Positions 56,668 through 64,000 of a stretch of 64,000 bases of DNA are shown here, piece after piece (the first letter of the stretch is position 1; each line of letters begins with the position of its first letter). A model generated the notes under the pieces. The model was not told the DNA's origin. It made no database searches and worked only from the letters and a program-made list of their open reading frames with translations. This stretch comes from Ignavibacteriales bacterium. GTDB taxonomy: Bacteria > Bacteroidota > Ignavibacteria > Ignavibacteriales > Melioribacteraceae. The position numbers were made by a program, and so were the translations under genes. Location: NCBI GenBank assembly GCA_026390795.1, contig JAPLFG010000005.1, positions 98,200 to 162,199 on the forward strand, written 5' to 3'.

Positions 56668-57099
56668 CTAACTTTTGAAGTTCTTCAAATCATTAAAAAA
56701 AAGTTTGAGATAACTCAAGTCCGAGCATAAAATATTAAGATTCGTGAGGCTGATCTGATTTAACTGAAGATATTTTTCTGAAAGAACAGATCTTATGAAC
56801 TCAGATCCATTACTCAAAAGTTCTTCCAGAATTATTCTAACTTTTTCAATACTGTTTTTATATTCTTCCACTGCTTTTAAAAAATATGGTTCATCAATTG
56901 CAGTGTCTTTTTTCTGCACGACTCTAAGAAGTCCATTTGAAAATTTTGCTTGAAAGGATAATTCTTTTAGAAGAGAAATTTTATTTTGTTTAATTGAAGT
57001 ATCTATAATCAATTCGAGATCTTCACGGTTGTGAAGATGATTTTCTGCAAGTTCATCAACTTTTAGCATAATATTTTCTGTAGTTAATTCTAGGTTCAT
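56668..57099 (-). CDS. hypothetical helical protein
   Basis: 143-aa ORF tightly packed (2-nt gap) behind the O-methyltransferase gene. No motif recognised. Confidence 0.4.
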   Translation of the reverse strand: MNLELTTENIMLKVDELAENHLHNREDLELIIDTSIKQNKISLLKELSFQAKFSNGLLRVVQKKDTAIDEPYFLKAVEEYKNSIEKVRIILEELLSNGSEFIRSVLSEKYLQLNQISLTNLNILCSDLSYLKLFFNDLKNFKS

Positions 57100-57101
57100 C
57101 T

Positions 57102-57746
57102 CTAAACTTTTACTCCAAGACCAATCCCGTCGCCAATAGGAAGGATTGTAGTTTTTAAAGACGTTTGGTTAGCAAACAATTTATTAAACTCACGTATAAA
57201 TTTTGTTGATCTGCTATAAGAAGCGGGAACAGATCTCGCTGCCGGATAACCATGCCAGAGAAGATTATCAACAAATAAAATTCCATGTTTCTTTAGCAAC
57301 ATTAATGAATAATAAAAAAGTTTTTCATAATCTTGTTTATCGGCATCCAGAAAGATCAGATCATATTTTTTTTCGAGTGACGGCATTATTTCTAATGCGT
57401 CGCCTTCAAGAATATTTATTGATGAATTAAGTTTGGCGCGTTTAATAAATTCTGTTGCAAGTGTAATATTATCTTTGCTTTTCTCAATAGTATCTAATAA
57501 TGCTTTCTTACGCAGATGTCTTGCAATTCTGATTGATGAATACGCAATTGCAGTTCCAATCTCTAAAACTCTTTTAGGGCGATGAATGAGAATAAGTTCT
57601 TCAAGAAACTCAGCTGAATTCCAGTCAAGTATCGGGATTTTTTTTTCAAGTGCAAATTCTTCCATCTCTTTAAGAAGCGCATCCGGTGGATTTCTTAATG
57701 ACGATAAATAAACTTGCTGTCTCTCATAAAGAATTTTTGTCATCAA
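57102..57746 (-). CDS. class I SAM-dependent O-methyltransferase (caffeoyl-CoA OMT/YrrM-like)
   Basis: 214 aa with VLEIGTAIAYS and IFLDADKQDY. Confidence 0.75.
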   Translation of the reverse strand: MMTKILYERQQVYLSSLRNPPDALLKEMEEFALEKKIPILDWNSAEFLEELILIHRPKRVLEIGTAIAYSSIRIARHLRKKALLDTIEKSKDNITLATEFIKRAKLNSSINILEGDALEIMPSLEKKYDLIFLDADKQDYEKLFYYSLMLLKKHGILFVDNLLWHGYPAARSVPASYSRSTKFIREFNKLFANQTSLKTTILPIGDGIGLGVKV

Positions 57747-57753
57747 TAATCTC

Positions 57754-59748
57754 TCATTTGATCAACATCATTTTTTTTGTTGATGTAAAATTATCTGTCT
57801 GCAATCTATAAAAATAAACACCGGAAGATAATTGATAATTGACAATTGAGAATTGCGAATTATAATTTCCAGGTTGTTGAACTTCGTTTACAAGAACGGC
57901 TACCTCTTTTCCCAACACATCATAAACTTTCAACTGTACATGGCTGATAGTTGAAAGCTGATAGCTGATAATTGTACTCGGATTAAACGGATTCGGATAA
58001 TTTTGAGAAAGATTGAACTGAGATGGAATTTCATTTTTACTTACTACAGAAGTCAGATTACTAATATTATAACTTCCGAAAGAAAATTTGTATGTACCGC
58101 TAGCTGGTTCACTTACAGATCCGCCAGAACTTGTTTGATAAGTAAAATAAAATTCTACAGAAGCGCCGTTGGTAGACCCAGGAATTGTGTAATTGAATTT
58201 AAGAGTATTATTGAAAGTAACTTGATTCATTGGAACTGATTGATAAGAACTTCCATTAATACTGTAATTTAATCTTACTGTTGAAGAATTCACACCATCA
58301 GCATTTATAAAAATTTTATTGAGTACATTGTAAACATTATTAACTGCACTTAGATTTGGATAAGAAATTGCTTTCTTAGCTGAAATCAATCCCCAACCCC
58401 TATCGTTGTTAGGATTAGCTGTGTTGTCGCCCGATTCAAAAAAGATTTTTCTCATTTGCACATTAGTTAAATGTGGCCAGGCTGATTTTAATAAGGCAGC
58501 AATACCTGCCGTTATTGGAGTCGCATAAGAAGTTCCATCGCCATAACCATATGAACTTCCAGAAATAACATGATACACATCAACACCCATTGCAACGACT
58601 TCAGGTTTAGTTCTGCCATCCGACGTTGGACCACGGCTGCTAAAACCAGCCATTAAATTAGAATGATCAACAGCCCCAACAGTAATTATATTAGGAGCGT
58701 CGCCCGGAGAAACAATCCCGCCTTGATTAACTCCCCAATAGTTACCCTCATTTCCAGCAGCAGTAAATGTTGAGACACCCTTAGCAAATGCAATGTTAAC
58801 TGCCTGTGCGACAATAGTAGTATGACCATTCATATCAGCATAAGTATATGATGCTTGGTTAGGATCAAAAGTACTATATCCAAGAGAACTACTGGTGATA
58901 TCAACACCTGCATTTTCCATATCTTCGAGAGCTGCGGCGTAGTTATCTTCCTCTATATGAAGGTCGTTATTTCCATTGTCAATTTCGGTTTTGGCAAGGA
59001 AAAAATTTGCGTTATAAGCTGGTCCAATGATTTGCCCGGGATCATATCCTGCCATGATAGAGAATACTCCGGTCCCATGTGTATTCGCATTACTTACATC
59101 GCTACTATTAGTGGCATAATTATATTCTCTTAAAACTTTTCTGGATGATAAAGAGGGGGGAGTTTTCCAATTGAAACCATTATCAAGAATTCCAACATAA
59201 ACTCCAGTGCCGTCAATTCCCAAATCATGCACAACAGGAATATCTGAGAGCGCATTTTGTGTCAGCGAGGGTCCATAGTTCAAAGAAGTTGTCGAAACAA
59301 TTTTATTTAATTGCTGAACATTATTATTCTGATTGATTAATTGATTTTCATCCGTTCTTGATTTGAACACCCGAACTCTTTCAATTTTCGTAATACATGA
59401 TAATTTTTCCAATTGATTTATTTGAGCATCAGTTAAGTAACTGCTCACCGCATTGAACCATTTTAATTTGTTCACAATTTTAATTCCTTGCTGCTCAATT
59501 TGAGTAGTATAATCTTCGTTGAGGGGTATATCTTCATACGTTATATAATTATCCTCACCCATAACCTGCTTTCTTCTTTCAATAGCTTTAGGTGAGAGTT
59601 CTTTCTCTGCCATTTTAAATAAGGCGGAAGATTTCTGAAGTACTCTTGCCTCTGATACACCTTTATCTTTGAAATAGATCAGATATTTTGTTTGTGCTGA
59701 AATGAATGAAGCAGATATAAGAATTAGCAAAAAGACGATTTTTCTCAT
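57754..59748 (-). CDS. S8 subtilisin-like serine protease with T9SS C-terminal sorting domain
   Basis: 664 aa. Catalytic triad contexts GILDNGF, HGTGVFS and GTSYATPITAG. C-terminus is NYPNPFNPSTIISYQL...VYDVLGKEV...GVYFYRL. Confidence 0.9.
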   Translation of the reverse strand: MRKIVFLLILISASFISAQTKYLIYFKDKGVSEARVLQKSSALFKMAEKELSPKAIERRKQVMGEDNYITYEDIPLNEDYTTQIEQQGIKIVNKLKWFNAVSSYLTDAQINQLEKLSCITKIERVRVFKSRTDENQLINQNNNVQQLNKIVSTTSLNYGPSLTQNALSDIPVVHDLGIDGTGVYVGILDNGFNWKTPPSLSSRKVLREYNYATNSSDVSNANTHGTGVFSIMAGYDPGQIIGPAYNANFFLAKTEIDNGNNDLHIEEDNYAAALEDMENAGVDITSSSLGYSTFDPNQASYTYADMNGHTTIVAQAVNIAFAKGVSTFTAAGNEGNYWGVNQGGIVSPGDAPNIITVGAVDHSNLMAGFSSRGPTSDGRTKPEVVAMGVDVYHVISGSSYGYGDGTSYATPITAGIAALLKSAWPHLTNVQMRKIFFESGDNTANPNNDRGWGLISAKKAISYPNLSAVNNVYNVLNKIFINADGVNSSTVRLNYSINGSSYQSVPMNQVTFNNTLKFNYTIPGSTNGASVEFYFTYQTSSGGSVSEPASGTYKFSFGSYNISNLTSVVSKNEIPSQFNLSQNYPNPFNPSTIISYQLSTISHVQLKVYDVLGKEVAVLVNEVQQPGNYNSQFSIVNYQLSSGVYFYRLQTDNFTSTKKMMLIK

Positions 59749-59790
59749 TTAATCCTCTTAGACAAATGAATTTTTCTATTTAACAATGTA

Positions 59791-59838
59791 CCAAATAAAA
59801 AAGTGCGAATTGAGAAATAATTTTTCCCTATTCGCACT
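59791..59838 (-). terminator. rho-independent terminator of lepB
   Basis: AGTGCGAAT (59802-59810) pairs with ATTCGCACT (59830-59838), a 9-bp stem. On the minus strand it is followed by TTTTTTATTT. Confidence 0.65.
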
Positions 59839-59865
59839 TCGATTTAAAGATTTATTTGCAAAAAC

Positions 59866-60792
59866 TCAATGGACTAATTTTGCAATTCTTCCTAACCTAA
59901 CTGTACTTAACAAGTTAAAGAAATCAGAGAATGGAATACTCGGATCCCATGACCAATAGATCATAAGTGCCTCGCCGACAACTTTATCCCGGCGTACAAA
60001 TCCCCAGAAACGGCTATCCAAACTATCGTCACGGTTATCTCCCATCATGAAATAATAATCTTGCTTTAATGTATATGAATCAACAGGTTTGCCTTCAATC
60101 ATAATTTTGTTGCCATCGACAGTAACAACACGCATTCCAAATTCACGGTCAATAATTGTGCGCCATTGTTCAATGTTTTCAATTGTTAGTTTAATTACAT
60201 CTCCTTTTTTCGGAACGACAAGCGGACCATAATTATCTTCGTTGTAATTACTTCCTTTAGGAAATATTCCTTCATTACCAATTCCCTTTGGAGTAACATA
60301 ATTATTTGCATATTGAATTTGCGGTGCGCGCGGCGCTTCCTTTCCGTTCACGAAAACAACTTTGTCAACAATTTCAATTGTATCGCCGGGTACTCCGATG
60401 CATCTTTTAACATAGTTACTAATATCGGGTGGAATTAATTCATCTTTAGAACCGGGAAATTCAAAAACAACAATATCTCCCCGTTTTGGTTCACGAAGAG
60501 CGGGCATTTGAAAATATGGAAGAGAAATATTTGTGAATGGAATATTTCTTGGCGATGACGCACCATATACAAATTTATTAACAAAGAGAAAGTCACCAAC
60601 CCAAATTGTTTTTTCCATAGAACCTGTTGGCACACGCGACGTTTCTATAAAAAATGTTTTGATTAGAAATGCGGCAACAGCAGCGAATAATAAATTTTTC
60701 CAAAACTCCCAAAATTTTTGTTTTGAGGTTTTCGCAACCGGATACTTTTTCTCTTTTGATTGTTCTTTCTTTTCTTCGTTTAACAGCGCCAT
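59866..60792 (-). CDS. lepB: signal peptidase I
   Basis: 308 aa with GSMEKT (Ser), VKRCIGVPGD (Lys) and GDNRDDSLDSRFWG. Confidence 0.9.
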   Translation of the reverse strand: MALLNEEKKEQSKEKKYPVAKTSKQKFWEFWKNLLFAAVAAFLIKTFFIETSRVPTGSMEKTIWVGDFLFVNKFVYGASSPRNIPFTNISLPYFQMPALREPKRGDIVVFEFPGSKDELIPPDISNYVKRCIGVPGDTIEIVDKVVFVNGKEAPRAPQIQYANNYVTPKGIGNEGIFPKGSNYNEDNYGPLVVPKKGDVIKLTIENIEQWRTIIDREFGMRVVTVDGNKIMIEGKPVDSYTLKQDYYFMMGDNRDDSLDSRFWGFVRRDKVVGEALMIYWSWDPSIPFSDFFNLLSTVRLGRIAKLVH

Positions 60793-60900
60793 GTTTCCTT
60801 CTTCAAATTTCTATGCGAACTGGTTTATTAATTTTATTTTCATATTCTCGTTCTTGAGCAAGATCATGAACACGATTAAGATCATGAGCAAGATGAAGAA

Positions 60901-62703
60901 TCAATCATCAATTTGTAATACTGCTAAGAATGCTTCTTGCGGAATTTCAACGTTGCCAACTTGCTTCATCCGCTTCTTTCCTTCTTTTTGTTTCTCAAGA
61001 AGTTTTCTTTTTCTTGTAATATCACCGCCGTAACATTTTGCCAATACATTTTTACGCATCGCTTTCACAGTTGTCCGGGAAACAACTTTAGAACCGATAG
61101 CCGCTTGAATTGCAATCTCAAACATTTGCCGCGGAATCAATTCTTTCAGTTTTGTACATACTTTCTGTCCCCACACAAAAGATTTCTTTTCATGGCAAAT
61201 AATCGAAAGTGCGTCAACTTTTTCACCGTTCAATAAAATATCGATCTTAACTAAATCCGATTCACGGTAACCGGTAAATTCATAATCGAATGAAGCATAA
61301 CCGCGCGAGATCGATTTCAATTTATCATAAAAATCAAAAATAATTTCTGCAAGCGGAAACTCAAATTCAATATCGGCACGAGTCGGATCAATGTACGTTG
61401 TGTTCTTATATACACCCCTTTTTTCAATCGCAAGCTGCATTAAGTTCCCAACATATTCGCTAGGGGTAACTATTTGTGCTTTTACATATGGTTCTTCAAC
61501 GTGTTCAATATCTCCCACGGCAGGCATATCAGAGGGATTATCAACAATTACTTTATCTCCATTTTTCTTGTAAACCCAGTATTCAACGTTAGGAAGAGTT
61601 GTAACGATTGACTGATCATATTCACGTTCAAGTCTTTCCTGAACTATCTCCATATGAAGCATGCCGAGAAATCCGCACCGGAAACCAAAACCGAGAGCTG
61701 CAGATGTTTCAGGAGAATAGCTTAAAGCTGAATCGTTGAGACGGAATTTTTCTAATGCTTCTCGTAGGTTTTCGTAATCATCGGAACTTGTTGGATAGAG
61801 ACCGCTGAAAACCATCGGTTTAATTTCTTTATAACCGGGAAGTGCTTTTTCTGCACCATTACGGAGATGTGTAACGGTATCACCAACTTTAGCATCGTGA
61901 ACGTCTTTCACGCCGGGTATTAGATATCCAACATTACCGGCTCTAAGTTCACCAGTTCGAATTCTTCCAAGACGTAAAGTGCCAACTTCCTCTGCAAGAT
62001 ATTTTTTATCATTAACAAAAAATTTTATTTCATCTTTTTCTTTTATAACGCCATTGAAAAGACGAACGTAAGCAACAGCACCTCGGTAAGAATCAAAAAT
62101 TGAATCGAAAACGAGTGCTTGAAGCGGTGCGTTTTCGTCTCCTGTAGGCGGAGCGATCCGATGAACAATCGCTTCCAACATCTCTTCGATACCGATTCGT
62201 TCCTTGGCGCTTACTAAAATTATATCTTCGTTTTTGCATCCTATCAAATCTATAATTTGCTTTTGGACAACATCAATCATTGCGCTTGGCAAATCGATCT
62301 TGTTTATAACCGGAATAATTTCCAGGCCGGCATCAATTGCCATATAAAGATTACTGATAGTTTGTGCTTCAACACCTTGTGCAGCATCAACAACCAGAAT
62401 AGCACCTTCACATGCGGCAAGCGAGCGGGATACTTCATAAGAAAAATCAACATGTCCGGGAGTATCAATCAAATTCAGAGTGTATTCAAAGCTATCCTTT
62501 GCAATATATTTCATCTGTATTGCATGAGATTTTATTGTAATTCCACGTTCGCGTTCCAGGTCAAGACTATCTAACAGCTGATCCTTTGCCTCACGCTTGG
62601 AAATTGTGTGCGTTGTTTCTAGAAGACAATCGGCGATTGTAGACTTACCGTGATCTATATGAGCAATTATGCAGAAATTGCGGATGTGTATCATGTTTCT
62701 CAA
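60901..62703 (-). CDS. lepA: translation elongation factor 4
   Basis: 600 aa with [24 protein letters not shown] and NKIDL. The start may be Met4. Confidence 0.95.
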   Translation of the reverse strand: MRNMIHIRNFCIIAHIDHGKSTIADCLLETTHTISKREAKDQLLDSLDLERERGITIKSHAIQMKYIAKDSFEYTLNLIDTPGHVDFSYEVSRSLAACEGAILVVDAAQGVEAQTISNLYMAIDAGLEIIPVINKIDLPSAMIDVVQKQIIDLIGCKNEDIILVSAKERIGIEEMLEAIVHRIAPPTGDENAPLQALVFDSIFDSYRGAVAYVRLFNGVIKEKDEIKFFVNDKKYLAEEVGTLRLGRIRTGELRAGNVGYLIPGVKDVHDAKVGDTVTHLRNGAEKALPGYKEIKPMVFSGLYPTSSDDYENLREALEKFRLNDSALSYSPETSAALGFGFRCGFLGMLHMEIVQERLEREYDQSIVTTLPNVEYWVYKKNGDKVIVDNPSDMPAVGDIEHVEEPYVKAQIVTPSEYVGNLMQLAIEKRGVYKNTTYIDPTRADIEFEFPLAEIIFDFYDKLKSISRGYASFDYEFTGYRESDLVKIDILLNGEKVDALSIICHEKKSFVWGQKVCTKLKELIPRQMFEIAIQAAIGSKVVSRTTVKAMRKNVLAKCYGGDITRKRKLLEKQKEGKKRMKQVGNVEIPQEAFLAVLQIDD

Positions 62704-62786
62704 TTTTTAGTGCGCAAATATATAAAAAATGATGATGGTATAATAATTCTGTATATGAAAGAACAAATGATCAAAAATAGATTTTG

Positions 62787-63974
62787 CTATTCGAGAACGT
62801 TCTTAGCAAGTGCCCATTTTTTCTGCCACTCGGAATATTTGTTTAAAACGTCTTGCGGAGAATATATATACCATCCATAACCGATCCTTCGCTCCCTATC
62901 GACTTCGGCTAATGAATAAACGGGTTTCCCATCGCGGTTACAGAACAATGGCCTATGAATTCGTAATTCATAATAACGTGCCCAAATTGGAGGCGCAAGC
63001 GGATCTTTTTCAATCACTTTATCTGAACTTGTAGTACGATATTTATATTCAACTCTAGGAGCCGGAATTTCTTTTACCCTAAATCCAAAAATTTTAGAAT
63101 CTTTAAACCATTCAACAGCACTCTGAATTGAATTTATTATTTTTTCATCCGGATTATTGATACTCATCAGCAGAAGAACTATTCCTGAACTTTCACCATT
63201 ACAAATTGATGCCGGTTCAAATGTTCGTGCATTTTGCGGAAGCAGAGTTACATTATCATGCTGCTGACACCAGACATATAATTTATCGCCTTCCTTAATC
63301 TGACATTTTAAAATACAGTCTAAACCCTTATCAAAAGCATTCTTTACTTTTTCTCTCAGGTCATTGTTAAGAAAAGAAAATTGAGGCGCATCTTCGGTAA
63401 ATTTTTTAAGTAGTTCCATTATACCAATCATCGCACCATCATTAAATGTTATATATTTTCTATATCCGCTTGTGTCCGGATAGAACTGAGGCCAGCCGCC
63501 GTTTGGATATTGAGCGGATAAAATAAATTCAATCCCGAGAATACATGATTCTTTATATTTTTCATCATTTGTGATTGAAAACGCTTTTGCCAAATAATCT
63601 ATTTGCGAATGAGTCGTACCGTTGTCGAAGGTTGTATTCAATTCCCCTTTTGATTTTAGAACAGCATCTCGTTGCTCGTCGGTTAAAATCGTGAGCATAT
63701 CATAATTTTTTGGCCAGCCGCCATTTGTTTTTTGATAGAGCAATATGTTGTCTGCAATCTTTCTGATTTCACTGGGATTATATCTCTGTTGCCCTGGCAT
63801 TGGTGAGATTACTCTATCGTCTTCATTTATGTCGTACCAGTGATGAGAGCTGTCATAAAATCCGGTGATTGGTATAGCATTTTCTTTTTCAGAGATTTTA
63901 TTCTGCGCGATTATTAAAGTTGAACAAACCAGCATCAACAATAATGTAGACAATTTTTGGATTTGCATATTCAA
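62787..63974 (-). CDS. secreted pectate lyase, PelA/Pel-15E (PL10)-like
   Basis: 395 aa. Signal peptide. Repeated NGGWPK / NGGWPQ motifs (YQKTNGGWPKNYD, AQYPNGGWPQFYP), as I recall for the PL10 (alpha/alpha)-barrel family. Confidence 0.6.
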   Translation of the reverse strand: MNMQIQKLSTLLLMLVCSTLIIAQNKISEKENAIPITGFYDSSHHWYDINEDDRVISPMPGQQRYNPSEIRKIADNILLYQKTNGGWPKNYDMLTILTDEQRDAVLKSKGELNTTFDNGTTHSQIDYLAKAFSITNDEKYKESCILGIEFILSAQYPNGGWPQFYPDTSGYRKYITFNDGAMIGIMELLKKFTEDAPQFSFLNNDLREKVKNAFDKGLDCILKCQIKEGDKLYVWCQQHDNVTLLPQNARTFEPASICNGESSGIVLLLMSINNPDEKIINSIQSAVEWFKDSKIFGFRVKEIPAPRVEYKYRTTSSDKVIEKDPLAPPIWARYYELRIHRPLFCNRDGKPVYSLAEVDRERRIGYGWYIYSPQDVLNKYSEWQKKWALAKNVLE

Positions 63975-64000
63975 CCTCTGATTTTTACATGTCGATAAAA

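Overview
AT-rich (roughly one third G+C by eye) chromosomal segment, probably from an Ignavibacteria-like FCB-group bacterium: three secreted proteins end in the same T9SS sorting domain (NYPNPFNPST...YDVLG...GVYFYR). Most genes are on the minus strand. The core is ordinary housekeeping: citrate synthase (partial), hpnC-hpnD-hpnE squalene genes, tRNA-Leu(CAG), PBP1A, lpxH, an M1 aminopeptidase, glgC, uvrC, a small SRP RNA, an LPS/glycosyltransferase cluster, a T9SS cargo cluster with two PorV-like barrels, an M50 protease, rsmA, menG/ubiE, a TPR protein, rdgB, uvrA, an Rrf2 regulator, an S8 protease, lepB, lepA and a PL10-like lyase. The notable part is a ~21.3 kb integrated element (about 4121-25476). 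It is bounded by a perfect 31-bp direct repeat equal to nt 1-31 (the 5' part) of the tRNA-Leu gene. It carries a tyrosine integrase, an RHH protein, a primase-helicase, a Rep-like gene with iterons, a Gam-like/DUF932 module, a DUF4365 nuclease-like gene, a Type III R-M pair and a compositionally foreign GC-rich ORF. My best candidate for an undescribed system is a translationally coupled two-gene module directly behind the Type III res gene. It encodes a 234-aa all-alpha HEPN/DUF4145-like protein and a 577-aa ORC/Cdc6-type P-loop ATPase with a zinc-ribbon and HhH tail, and it is bracketed by imperfect inverted copies of a GC-rich element. All functional calls rest on motif-level reading of the translations; no database searches were run.
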